Shown: in pieces, positions 27,067 to 36,901 of the stretch | How positions within the stretch are numbered: the stretch's first letter is position 1 | Layout of the letters: every line of letters starts with the position of its first letter | DNA from: a virus | Lineage: Duplodnaviria; Caudoviricetes | Virus record (IMG/VR): IMGVR_UViG_3300005670_000019 | Strand: one strand, 5' to 3' | Length of the DNA: 64,000 nucleotides | The notes under the pieces: model-generated | Database searches by the model: none | What the model was told of the DNA's origin: nothing | Seen by the model: only the letters and a program-made list of their open reading frames with translations | Made by a program: the position numbers and the translations under genes

Positions 27067-27872
27067 TGGAAATAGAAACAATTGATGTTCTAAAAACTCT
27101 TGATGATCTCTATACCTTTATCCGTTTCAAGGGAAAGGAAAAGAGAAATCTTCTTCCACAAAAGATAAGTTGGATTGAACGGGGACAATGGTTCAAAGAA
27201 GAACAAAACATAGATCCTGTCCTGAAGGAAAAGATCAGAAAAATTTCTGTATTTTTTGATTGGTGCGCTGCACCTTATGGTCGAAATGACCTTCTTCCTT
27301 TTCTTCCTTGTCCATCATCCTTTGTTTTGGATGGCGAAAAACTGAAAGAGGAAATCATCAGTAAAAATATACCTGTGTTTGGTGTAGAGAAACAAGGGAA
27401 GCAATTCTATTTTACTTGGACCACACATTGTGGCATTTTTGCCTTTGATGAAAACCTTATACCAAGCACTCAAAGTGCTTCTGTTTTTTACGAACTAAAA
27501 GAAATCATCAAGAAGAAATGGAACAAGGTTCGAGTTCTTGCTTCTCGTCCTTCTCCTCTCAAAATATATGAAAAGAGAATGAAAGCTGCTATCAGCTTCC
27601 AAGAAAAGCAAATGAAGTTTGCTGGAGAACTGAGAAAACAAATTCGAGACTTGGAAGAAATTGCAAAACTTTGTGAACAGGGACGCATTCATCGTAAAGT
27701 AAATGATGGGCTTTACGATCGATGTATGAAGCTTTATCAAAGCATTCATGACATTACTTCTTGCGAACCGAGCCTCACGGGCAATACATCAGAAGAAACT
27801 GATGAAAAAATCAAGAAAGCAATTGATGGTTCTATCTTGGTAAAGAAGTCTTCGAAAAAGAAGAAAGACTGA
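27063..27872 (+). CDS. early protein, paralog family A
   Basis: AAISFQEKQM...G.TSEET.K C-terminal pattern. Confidence 0.7.
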   Translation: MMEIETIDVLKTLDDLYTFIRFKGKEKRNLLPQKISWIERGQWFKEEQNIDPVLKEKIRKISVFFDWCAAPYGRNDLLPFLPCPSSFVLDGEKLKEEIISKNIPVFGVEKQGKQFYFTWTTHCGIFAFDENLIPSTQSASVFYELKEIIKKKWNKVRVLASRPSPLKIYEKRMKAAISFQEKQMKFAGELRKQIRDLEEIAKLCEQGRIHRKVNDGLYDRCMKLYQSIHDITSCEPSLTGNTSEETDEKIKKAIDGSILVKKSSKKKKD

Positions 27873-27875
27873 CGT

Positions 27876-28466
27876 TCATTCGCTGAACAGTTCAGGTAGA
27901 ACAGATTTCAACCAGTTTCTAACTTCTCCTTGAGGCATTTCACCAAGGTCTTTATAGGGTTTTGGTGTGCTGATAGACATAGAAGCAACAGACTTTAGTT
28001 TATTTCCAGCATCGTCATTGTCGGCAACGGCAATGACTTTTTTATTCATGGCAGCAAACCATGGTTTTAGCATCTTAGGATGATTTGCTAGAACAGCAAT
28101 TGCAGGCATTCCAATGTTGTGCAGCTTGACAGCATCAAAGATACCCTCTGTGACAAATAGGAAATCTTGGTTGTCAAAGACAGTTTCCAAGCCCCAAACA
28201 CCAATGGTCTTTTCTGGATGTTTTGTAATATACGTCCAGTATTTTGCCTTATCCCTGTCTCTGCTGTCGTTACCTGTCTTGGTTCCTTTTGGATTGTATT
28301 GTTGATATCCAACGAGTTGACCGGAAAGGTTGAAAAGAAGGAAAACGGCAAGGTTGTTTTCCTTGTCCATAATCACCCGTGTCTTTGATAGATCAACATC
28401 ACGCGATCGAAGATGGGATTCAATGTCATCATTCTCACATAAAAGAATTTGTTTTAGAGAAAACAT
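27876..28466 (-). CDS. Toprim-domain (primase-like) protein lacking zinc-binding domain
   Basis: VTEGIFDA, VIAVADNDDAG, KDLGE motifs. Confidence 0.8.
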   Translation of the reverse strand: MFSLKQILLCENDDIESHLRSRDVDLSKTRVIMDKENNLAVFLLFNLSGQLVGYQQYNPKGTKTGNDSRDRDKAKYWTYITKHPEKTIGVWGLETVFDNQDFLFVTEGIFDAVKLHNIGMPAIAVLANHPKMLKPWFAAMNKKVIAVADNDDAGNKLKSVASMSISTPKPYKDLGEMPQGEVRNWLKSVLPELFSE

Positions 28467-28481
28467 TTGAGTTTATCTTTC

Positions 28482-29201
28482 TCACAAGTTTGCGAACATG
28501 TCCTTGAAAAGGAATTTTGAATTAGCACGAGGTTCCCCAGTTTGTTTTGATTCTTCTGGATTGATCCAAATGATCATTTTCTCATAACGAACAGGACCAT
28601 AAGAAATTACTTCGTTCTCTTTCTTATAAAGTTTTGGCATCTTTACCTTTGAGTTCAACTCATCAGGATTTAGCAGAAACTTACCATTCTTCTTTATTGG
28701 CATTGTCTTGAACAAAACAACATATTCTTGGAAAGAATATGCAAATTCTTTCAGAATTTCTTTTTTTGTAGTCCATGACAATATAGGAGAATGCTCTGTT
28801 TCCAATACACCATTTTCAAAAACCCAAAGACGTTCGTCGCCAGGATTTCTTGCAAGGTCTTCTTTTGATAGTCCAGTCGTATTGAAAAACAAATCTAAAT
28901 TTACAGAACTAAAAGAAATTCCTCTATAAATCGGTTCATTTTCCGGAACAAGTAAGTTTGAATACTTGCCTTTCTGTGCCAGTTTGTAAACGTCCGGAAA
29001 TTCCTGAGCTATTTTGTCCGCCACCTGACTATTGATCCATTGAAAAAGTCCTTTCTTGAAATCTTCTTCTTCTGGAGTCTCTGGTTGTTTCTCTGTTTTT
29101 GAAATGTCTTTTCTGTCTCTATCAAAGAGATACTTGCCAAAAACATCATTTGGTTTGGCTTCGGACGGAGCGTCTTCAAATATTAATTTTTTGATGCTCA
29201 T
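28482..29201 (-). CDS. putative R-S-E ADP-ribosyltransferase, tagged (MSIKKLIFE)
   Basis: IYRG, LSWTT, ENEVI motifs. Confidence 0.65.
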   Translation of the reverse strand: MSIKKLIFEDAPSEAKPNDVFGKYLFDRDRKDISKTEKQPETPEEEDFKKGLFQWINSQVADKIAQEFPDVYKLAQKGKYSNLLVPENEPIYRGISFSSVNLDLFFNTTGLSKEDLARNPGDERLWVFENGVLETEHSPILSWTTKKEILKEFAYSFQEYVVLFKTMPIKKNGKFLLNPDELNSKVKMPKLYKKENEVISYGPVRYEKMIIWINPEESKQTGEPRANSKFLFKDMFANL

Positions 29202-30106
29202 GACTCTTCTGTCTTTTCTGGATAGTTTACACGACCGCCACTCATCGTTGCACCAGAGAAAAGGTCATTGAAGAACGGAATGACAAACTTTCTTCCTTTG
29301 TAAATCGAATAAAAATCATCTTGATCTTGCGCAACAGGAAGAACAACACTTCTTGGTTCCGTGGCATTTCCAGAGCCATCTGTGTAAAGAAGTTCTGCTT
29401 TCATTTGACCATCTTCTTGTCTCTCAACGAAGATTACACTTTCTTGTTCAAACTTCTTTCCAAGGAAAAGTAGATCATCTTTCGAAATGTTTGGAATAAC
29501 TAAAGGCTTTTCAACGTTTCCATATTTGCCTTGTATTTGGTAGAAACCATAACCAGCTTGACGTAGAGATTGTGCAAGCATCTTGTTTCTCTTCTTGTTT
29601 TCTTCTGGAGGCAGTTCCTTCGCAAATGGATTTTCTGCTGTCACAATTCCGATTGATGAAATGTTTTTTTCTTGTCCTGTGAGGCTTCTCATCAGTTTTG
29701 AATATCCACCCTCTGCAAGGTCCCCTTCATTTATTTGCACAGCCTCAGAGAGCCTTCTAGGTGCCTTGCCGTTGAAGCCAAATAGATGAGGTGAGACAAG
29801 AGCAGGACGAACAGAAAGAAGGTCACGAAGTCGAAGTTTACCTTCACCATAAAGGTCAACAATTTCAATTCCTCGTTTCTCTTCATCTTCATTTTCTTTG
29901 CTTGATTTATCATCCCAATACCAAGGTGCTTCATCATTTGGATTTGGAAGTTGAAGTTCATCCTGCTTCTGCTGATTTCTTTCGTCTTCTTCTTTCTTTT
30001 GACGATCAATCTCCCAAGGAGACGGAACCCAATCTTGTTCACTTAGGGTTTCTGAACTTGAGATGTTTTCTTTGATTGTGAACTTTTTCTTCTTACTCAT
30101 TTTCAT
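29198..30106 (-). CDS. DUF3293-like domain protein with acidic N-terminus
   Basis: IVTAENP...EN..RN..L...L...G.Y...E......LGKKFEQES. Confidence 0.6.
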   Translation of the reverse strand: MKMSKKKKFTIKENISSSETLSEQDWVPSPWEIDRQKKEEDERNQQKQDELQLPNPNDEAPWYWDDKSSKENEDEEKRGIEIVDLYGEGKLRLRDLLSVRPALVSPHLFGFNGKAPRRLSEAVQINEGDLAEGGYSKLMRSLTGQEKNISSIGIVTAENPFAKELPPEENKKRNKMLAQSLRQAGYGFYQIQGKYGNVEKPLVIPNISKDDLLFLGKKFEQESVIFVERQEDGQMKAELLYTDGSGNATEPRSVVLPVAQDQDDFYSIYKGRKFVIPFFNDLFSGATMSGGRVNYPEKTEES

Positions 30107-31031
30107 TCTCCATCAGATCATACATGCTTCGGATGATCCTTCTTAGGGATACGGTACCAAACTCATTTGATATAAATACTGCTGTCGCAGCTTGAACTTT
30201 CACATCTCCGAAAGAAATAACTTCACCTTCAGTCGAAAGCATGTTGATCATTGCCACATGATCGCTGTCCTTCGGTCGTAAGTTCGAGGTCATTTCATAA
30301 GGGTTTAGAAGGAATTTTCCATTTGATGGATTGGGCACTGTCTTCATCAAGATATTCACTTCTCCCCCTTTTAGGAAATTCTGCAATATAAGAGGCTCAA
30401 TTCCCCAAGACTGAAGTTTTTTGTTTGGCGGCGGATAAGAAATAGGAATATCGACTTTGAAAGGAATATTATCAAGAACTTTTTGGAGCTCAATACCATT
30501 CTTCAAATCTTCAATCTTTTTCTGAAAGGTTGGATTTGATGTTAGTCCAAGGGCTTTTGCCACATTGAAACCATGAACAATCCGATAAACAGGACGTTCT
30601 TCATCTGGCTTTAGAAACTTTTCATACTTTCCTTGACGAACAAGTTTCCAAGCTTCTTCAAAATTGGATGAAAGGGCAGTGTGATGAGTGTCGTTTATCC
30701 AAGACGCTAAGGAATCAAGAAGTTCATCTTCTTCGGGGGTATTCTTTTCTTTTGAAGCCCTAGTTTCAGCTCGCTGATCACCAAACAAAAACTCTCCAAA
30801 GATATCATCTTTGGAGGCTTCGACTTCTTGTTCAACAATCATATCAACAATGCCTTCAAGGACCGATTGAAGTTGTTCTTTTTCCTTTGAGGAAGCTACA
30901 TCTTCAAGACCTTTCAAAGCCTGTTTCTTGGCATCGAGTTTCTTTTGTTTCTGACGTTCTGCATAGGACTTTGCATCAGTACCTAAAGCTGTGTCAGTTG
31001 AACCGACTTTCGTTGGTTTCGTAGGAATCAT
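30093..31031 (-). CDS. putative R-S-E ADP-ribosyltransferase paralog
   Basis: VYR, QSW, EGEVISFG; clear paralog of 28482 ORF (DxFGxxLF, GKY, NGKFLLNP). Confidence 0.6.
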   Translation of the reverse strand: MIPTKPTKVGSTDTALGTDAKSYAERQKQKKLDAKKQALKGLEDVASSKEKEQLQSVLEGIVDMIVEQEVEASKDDIFGEFLFGDQRAETRASKEKNTPEEDELLDSLASWINDTHHTALSSNFEEAWKLVRQGKYEKFLKPDEERPVYRIVHGFNVAKALGLTSNPTFQKKIEDLKNGIELQKVLDNIPFKVDIPISYPPPNKKLQSWGIEPLILQNFLKGGEVNILMKTVPNPSNGKFLLNPYEMTSNLRPKDSDHVAMINMLSTEGEVISFGDVKVQAATAVFISNEFGTVSLRRIIRSMYDLMENENE

Positions 31032-31048
31032 GAGGATAAATAGAGAAA

Positions 31049-31414
31049 TTATTCATCATCATCCCAAATACTTACAACCCCAGGAGCGGGAATAGGTGAA
31101 AAGAAATTTTTTGTAAACTCCAAATCTCCAACAATCCAGTCAGGTCTACTTTTCTCATTCTCTTCTGTTCGAGGATTTGCTTTATTCAAACCATGAACAA
31201 ACGTCCATCTACAATCTTCACATGAATATCGAATGGCACTATCACATGGATGACAAGACAGAAATCTTGGTGTTCCATCTGGATTTGTTCCGGATTTATA
31301 TGTGTGGCAATCATAAGCCCAATAAAGATTGGTCGATGAACAATTTGGACATTTCTGTTTCATAGCTTGAGTATGACATTTCAGTGCTAATTTTTCAAAG
31401 ATTGTGTTTGTCAT
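31049..31414 (-). CDS. Zn-finger protein
   Basis: CPNC, CHPC, CEDC; start uncertain. Confidence 0.55.
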   Translation of the reverse strand: MTNTIFEKLALKCHTQAMKQKCPNCSSTNLYWAYDCHTYKSGTNPDGTPRFLSCHPCDSAIRYSCEDCRWTFVHGLNKANPRTEENEKSRPDWIVGDLEFTKNFFSPIPAPGVVSIWDDDE

Positions 31415-32249
31415 GTTCTTCTTTGTGGCAGGATTTACAAAGAACAATTCCTGAGACGTTGTTGTCAATATGATATTGAGCGACTTCATTAGAGATTTTT
31501 TGTTTTAGAGCAAATGTTTCCTCTGTTGTTGGAAGACCAAAATAATCTTTCCAATTGTTAGAGATAGCTATACGTCTTACAATTTCACTCATTTGTTCTT
31601 TGTTGTGATGAACTTCAAGGTCTGCTCTTGGAGTATCATTTCTACTTGCTTTACACTTTTCACAAGAAAAATTTGATGCTGCAAGTTTTGGATATTTCCA
31701 TTTTTCAAAAAGTTTTTTACTCGCATGACACGTGGCTAAAAGAGATGAAGTTCCACCTTTCCATTGTGAATGGTCCTTGCCTGACAAAGTTGGAATAGTT
31801 CCATTCAAGCGATTTTCTTTCATTCGTTTTGAACGCTTTTCCTTTTCTGGACCTTTTACAATGGACTGAGACATTTTGGCAATGCGTTTATCAGTTTCTT
31901 TTGTAAGACCCTTCGCCCAATGTTCACCAGTTTCATTCAAATGAAAAGGTTTCCAAGTCCCATCTTCAACCATTTTTCTTCGTGTTGAAGCACTCTTTTG
32001 CTGTATCTTCTCTGATACGAAGTTATTCTTGACCCGAGACTGATGTCCTTGAATAAAGTCTCGATAACCTCTTGTAATATCAAGAAATTTTGGCTCCTCA
32101 TCACAACCACATTTACACTTCGGAGCAATGTCATTCAAAAAGTATTTGGTATAAAACTCTTTTGATGAAACCTTGTGTCCTTTTCTGCAATGAGCAGAAA
32201 GAGAAATGAGTGATGGATAACTGTTTTGACAATATGGACAAATAAACAT
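31395..32249 (-). mobile_element. free-standing HNH homing endonuclease with Zn-finger/NUMOD-like modules
   Basis: C2H2 (CPYC..H..H), CKCGC..GH, WKGG, CEKC..LEVHH..LCKSCH. Confidence 0.8.
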
Positions 32250-32278
32250 GGCTACAACCTCTTAATTGAAGTGTAGCC
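32250..32278 (-). promoter_or_regulatory. RBS-sequestering hairpin upstream of HNH gene
   Basis: GGCTACA-CTTC-AATTAA-GAGG-T-TGTAGCC directly before ATG. Confidence 0.6.
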
Positions 32279-32308
32279 ACTCAAGACTGCATTGTCTAAA
32301 GATATAGT

Positions 32309-32797
32309 CTAAAACTGCAAAACCGCGTTGTCAAATCGGATTGTAAGAGAAATTTCAACAAGGTCAGAACCTTCCATTGCCAAGTCACCAAAGGTTGCGT
32401 TTGTAATGAAAGCACCCTTGATATCCCAAAGTTGAATGACTGTTCCAACAGGATCAAGCATCTTGATTTGAATGTCGCGCTTGTAGAAATCAGCATAGCC
32501 GGAACGACCTGAGACGCTTTCAAAGCAAAGACGAACCCATTCCATAACCTGCTGAGCGCCTGATGGAGCGATGGCGTCATGAAGCGTAACAGTCATTGTT
32601 TCAAAGGTTGTTTTTCCTGCAATGTAGCGAGTGCTGTTGATCCAAGGAATAGCAACTTCCTCTGTTGCCATTGTTGGACGAGCTGCTGTCTTGATAAGGA
32701 AACTGTCAATTCCCTCAATTGCAAGAACAAATCGACGCTTTGCGATTGGTTCAAATTTCGTAGGAAGCATTTCGGTTACGCCTAATGTAGTTGCCAT
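32309..32797 (-). CDS. gp19: tail tube protein (T4 gp19-like)
   Basis: FEP...RF, RP, YIAGK, EW, GY..FYK, W.IKGAF, L.IRFD. Confidence 0.9.
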   Translation of the reverse strand: MATTLGVTEMLPTKFEPIAKRRFVLAIEGIDSFLIKTAARPTMATEEVAIPWINSTRYIAGKTTFETMTVTLHDAIAPSGAQQVMEWVRLCFESVSGRSGYADFYKRDIQIKMLDPVGTVIQLWDIKGAFITNATFGDLAMEGSDLVEISLTIRFDNAVLQF

Positions 32798-32845
32798 CTT
32801 TTATCTCCAAATATCAGCTATTCTGATTTCTTTGTTTAATTAGTC

Positions 32846-32983
32846 TTATTTTTTCTTTTTTCGAAAGTTGCTTATCAGTTGATGAAACTTTGGTTGAATG
32901 TTCAAAATCAAATACAGAAGTCCACCAATGAACAAGGTATTGGCAATAGAAAGAACCAATACCATTATGAGAAAGTAAACCAT
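32846..32983 (-). CDS. small single-pass membrane protein
   Basis: Hydrophobic stretch with basic tail; start uncertain. Confidence 0.35.
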   Translation of the reverse strand: MVYFLIMVLVLSIANTLFIGGLLYLILNIQPKFHQLISNFRKKKK

Positions 32984-32993
32984 CCAAACGAGA

Positions 32994-33272
32994 TCAGAAA
33001 TCACGTTCCATGCCCATGCCTGGATTATCTTTCCAAGCGGCATCAGAAACTCTCTTTTCTAAATCCTCAACTTCAATTAGAAGAACTTCTAATTCTTTTA
33101 TAACTGGCTCAACTATATCTCTTGCCCATCCAAGAGGACGATTTCCCATTTTATCCAAAAGTTTTTGAAGTACAGAAATAATCTTCTTTATTTTTACAGT
33201 TGGACTCGTTTTCAAATGATCACTGACAACTTGCTCAACCAATTTACTAAGTTGTTTCTTTGTAATTTTCAT
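32994..33272 (-). CDS. putative internal head protein (MKITKKQLSKLVE tag)
   Basis: Shared tag. Confidence 0.6.
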   Translation of the reverse strand: MKITKKQLSKLVEQVVSDHLKTSPTVKIKKIISVLQKLLDKMGNRPLGWARDIVEPVIKELEVLLIEVEDLEKRVSDAAWKDNPGMGMERDF

Positions 33273-33273
33273 C

Positions 33274-33879
33274 TCATCCTACCTTATATCCGTATTTGTT
33301 CTTCAATCCACGAACAAGATACTTCCAAACAGTTTCATTTCCCTGGCAAATTTCTGCAATGTCTTCAAGAAGTTCTTCGTTTGAAAGACCATTCTCTGCT
33401 CTGAAACGAAATAACCAAGCAAGTTTACCATCAGTTTCCGGCTCGATTTGTTCCTCAAGTTTTTCGTCGCAACCTTCATCTAGTCCGCCGAATGAAATGC
33501 CGTGTTCACCACTCTTTTTCTTGGCAAGCTCTTTTGCATCCCAAACAATGTCATCATCATACAATGTTCCATATTCAAAAACAACGTCATCAAGCTGTTT
33601 TCGAATTTCTGGATCCAGACTTTCAATATCGATTTCGTCTTCGTATGAAGTTGACATGAGAAGTGGAACAACCTTAGAATGTTCCAAATCCATATCAAAG
33701 TTGGCTGGATCGATATTACGAGTCAAAAGTGAATAAGCAAGAGCCAGTTCATCACGTGAACGTCCTTTTGGACCAGACATTTCAGGCGAACTATCAAGCT
33801 GTTCTTTCATGACCTGCTTCAAAGAAGACAAAGTCAACTTCTCCGCTAGTTTATTTATTTGTTTCGAAGTTAACTTCAT
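33274..33879 (-). CDS. putative internal head protein (MKLTSKQINKLAE tag)
   Basis: Shared tag, acidic. Confidence 0.6.
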   Translation of the reverse strand: MKLTSKQINKLAEKLTLSSLKQVMKEQLDSSPEMSGPKGRSRDELALAYSLLTRNIDPANFDMDLEHSKVVPLLMSTSYEDEIDIESLDPEIRKQLDDVVFEYGTLYDDDIVWDAKELAKKKSGEHGISFGGLDEGCDEKLEEQIEPETDGKLAWLFRFRAENGLSNEELLEDIAEICQGNETVWKYLVRGLKNKYGYKVG

Positions 33880-33885
33880 CTTCTA

Positions 33886-36873
33886 TCATCCTGCAATAAA
33901 GTTGCCTCTGTTGTTGAGAACAAAGGAGATATCCAAGAATTCCAAAGTCTTCGTTGGTAGAATCATGATTCTTCCACGAATGGTGTTATTTTCGATATCT
34001 GCCAACGTGGTCGTTGTTGTATCGATTTGAACAAGATACTTGTCAACACCCTTGTTATCTTGCACGCGCTTCAAGATTGGTTTTACCAAGTTTGAGAAAC
34101 GCTCAAGTGTTGCTTCTCTGTTTTGCTCAAAGATGATTCGGTCAGCAATCTGTTTGACTTGACGACGAAGAGAAATCAAGAGACGACGAACGTTTACACG
34201 ATCAAATGCACTTTCAGTTTGAAGAAGTGTTCTTTGACCCCAAACAACCGTTCCTTCAGAACCTGCAAATACAGCCAATGGATTGATGTTTGCGGACTGC
34301 AAGTCATCCAAGTTGTCTCGTGAAAGACGAACCGCTGGACGAACTGTTGTTTCAAGAGCGCCCCTTGTGAAACCTGCTGGAGCAAACCATGGGTATCCAA
34401 CGCTGTCATTCTTAGCAAATGCACCAAGAACTGCTGCGGTTGAAGCTGCTGTTCTAGTTGTGTTGTTGAAGTCGTCACGGATAACAACGTCAGGGAAGTA
34501 TGCAGCACCGAAAGATGAATTCAATCCTCTGTTGTTGAAGTTGTTTGCAGTGTTGACAACAGAAAGAGTTTGTGAAGAACTTGAAACTTCTGTGCTGTTT
34601 ACATCGATGTTTTGAATATCCATCAAATACAAAGCATCATAACGGTTCTCAACCATATTCAATGCGTTGTCTGTAACGTAGGTGTTTCGAATTCCTGGAA
34701 GTGCAAGAAGTTGAATATCAACTTCTGTTACATCTGACAAGATGTTCAAAGCTGTAAGATATGAACTTACCGTTGGACCATCCACCGTTCCGCGGTTTGT
34801 GTTATCCATTTCTTCTTCAACAGCAACGTTCGTAAAGTAACGTGTTCCTTGATTGAAGATATTGACTCCATCAAATCCACCGAAAAGAGGTACTGTGAAC
34901 TTAGCCAACTGTCTTACAGAGCTGTCTGTAAGGTCTGAAGTTGCAAGAGCACGGAAACCGTTTGTTGAGTCATTTGAGATATTTCCTTGACGAACATAAG
35001 ACCATGTAACAGCATTCACAGTATCAACAAGACCTGTTGAAGGAGTGTACTTGATCTTGACTTTATTCAAAGTGAAATAGTTGTTATTGTATGCATCTGC
35101 ATCAACAATACCATTTTCAGTTGTTGCTTGAGCGCCTTGGTTGTCATAAACAACAAAGTCTGCCCAATTCGTTTGGAAATCTGGATAGTATTGAACGAAG
35201 CTTCCAATGCCTGTCTCAATCTCTGTCGATTTGTTTGGTTCAGTTACAGAGGTTTGACGCTCAAATTGAACACCCCAATACAAGCTGCGGTCAACTGTTT
35301 GGTTAGGTGAAGCTCCTCTTGAAAGAGACTTTCTGTAAGGAATTGGTGGCTGAACAAAGCGATAAGTGATTGGATCTGTACCCGAACCAGTTACGTAATA
35401 TGTTCCATCATCATTCTGATTTCCGAACGGCGCAGAGCCCGAAACTTGAAAATGTTGAACACCACGGAAACCAAATGGAAGTGCTGTTGGATCAATCTCA
35501 GCATCTTCAACTTGAGCGTCCATCTCTACACGAATGTAAGAGGAAGCATTTGGGTAGTTTCCTTGAGTGATGAGCTTTTGACGATCGGATGAGTTATCAA
35601 AGTTCCAGAATGTGTGGAAGTCTCCAATCACTTTTGCAACATAGTTTTGTGCATTTGGATTGAGGGACAAACCTCTCCATTGTTCAAGAACTTTTTTGTT
35701 CTTATCTGTGTCGTTGTAATCACGAACAATAAGGTCAAATGTACCATATTGGTCAACAGTGCTTACAGATGGTGTAATGTTCTCAATGGAGAACTTCACA
35801 CGCTTATTTGCATATTCACCGTCATCCAAAGACCAAACTCTAAAGAGATTTTGTGGTGAACCACCAAAGTTCTGAGACACAACCCAAGGGCTCTTTGGAG
35901 TCTTGTATCTGTCCTCGAAGTTTTCAAAGTTTGGCGTTACGGTTGAACCTGAGTTTCTGCTAAGAGAAGAAGAAACAAGGAAAGCAATCTGTTCTGTAAG
36001 GTATGTGCTTCCGGAAACAACACCTGAACCAGTTACGGTTGCAAGTGCTGGGTGAACAGGGAAATCCGCATAAAGGAAATGACCCTTTTCTTCAATCTTG
36101 AAAGGATCTGTATTGAAGACCTTTCCAAAATAGTTTGGAGCAGTTACATCGAAAGAAGCAGAAATAACATTTGGCTCATTCGAGTTTTTGAAACCGTTCA
36201 ACAGAAGAACGAACTCTTGTAGACTTCCCGAGATGTTTACAGAACCCGTTACCTGACCTCCAGCGTTCGTCCATGTTCCGGAAGAAGATGCTGGGGTGTT
36301 CCATGGGGATGCAGAAGATGAGAGCGTTAGAAGAACGCCTGATGGCGCGAAAACTACACCTCGAACAACTGGCGTTCCTTCGGTTGGAAGTCCTGCGGAA
36401 GAGAAGAAATCGCTTCCTGAAGTTTCTTTCATGATTGAAGCAAGAAAGTATGTTCTTCCTTCATCTCCACCTGCATATGCATATGGATTGTCATTGAAAG
36501 CACCACCTGATGCATTTTGTGGAAGGTCTGAACCGACAACAAATCCAGCATTTACAACCTTACCGGAGTTACTTCCGTCTGTTGTTCTTGCAAGTGCATT
36601 ACCTGCTCCAAGAACACGAAGATATGTAAGAGACTGAGCGTTCCTTAGCCATTCACTTGCTGCGATTGGACCATTGAAAATGTAGTCATTTGGACCACCA
36701 AAGACCTGATTGAAATCTTGAGTTGTCGGAACTGTAACAGGAACAAATGCCGGACCTCTTTGCGCAGCACCGACTACACCAGCAGGAATGCCAGTTGGTC
36801 GTGTTGCAGTTGGACCAGTTAGATTTTGAACTCTTACAGAGACACCTGCTGATTTGAAGCTGATTGTTGTCAT
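33886..36873 (-). CDS. gp18: tail sheath protein 2 (gp18-like)
   Basis: SAGV, GPAFVP, PWFAPAGFTRG, INP, WGQRTL, RVNVRRLL, EF motifs. Confidence 0.92.
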   Translation of the reverse strand: MTTISFKSAGVSVRVQNLTGPTATRPTGIPAGVVGAAQRGPAFVPVTVPTTQDFNQVFGGPNDYIFNGPIAASEWLRNAQSLTYLRVLGAGNALARTTDGSNSGKVVNAGFVVGSDLPQNASGGAFNDNPYAYAGGDEGRTYFLASIMKETSGSDFFSSAGLPTEGTPVVRGVVFAPSGVLLTLSSSASPWNTPASSSGTWTNAGGQVTGSVNISGSLQEFVLLLNGFKNSNEPNVISASFDVTAPNYFGKVFNTDPFKIEEKGHFLYADFPVHPALATVTGSGVVSGSTYLTEQIAFLVSSSLSRNSGSTVTPNFENFEDRYKTPKSPWVVSQNFGGSPQNLFRVWSLDDGEYANKRVKFSIENITPSVSTVDQYGTFDLIVRDYNDTDKNKKVLEQWRGLSLNPNAQNYVAKVIGDFHTFWNFDNSSDRQKLITQGNYPNASSYIRVEMDAQVEDAEIDPTALPFGFRGVQHFQVSGSAPFGNQNDDGTYYVTGSGTDPITYRFVQPPIPYRKSLSRGASPNQTVDRSLYWGVQFERQTSVTEPNKSTEIETGIGSFVQYYPDFQTNWADFVVYDNQGAQATTENGIVDADAYNNNYFTLNKVKIKYTPSTGLVDTVNAVTWSYVRQGNISNDSTNGFRALATSDLTDSSVRQLAKFTVPLFGGFDGVNIFNQGTRYFTNVAVEEEMDNTNRGTVDGPTVSSYLTALNILSDVTEVDIQLLALPGIRNTYVTDNALNMVENRYDALYLMDIQNIDVNSTEVSSSSQTLSVVNTANNFNNRGLNSSFGAAYFPDVVIRDDFNNTTRTAASTAAVLGAFAKNDSVGYPWFAPAGFTRGALETTVRPAVRLSRDNLDDLQSANINPLAVFAGSEGTVVWGQRTLLQTESAFDRVNVRRLLISLRRQVKQIADRIIFEQNREATLERFSNLVKPILKRVQDNKGVDKYLVQIDTTTTTLADIENNTIRGRIMILPTKTLEFLDISFVLNNRGNFIAG

Positions 36874-36901
36874 TTTTTACCCTATTCTAACTATTGTTCA
36901 A

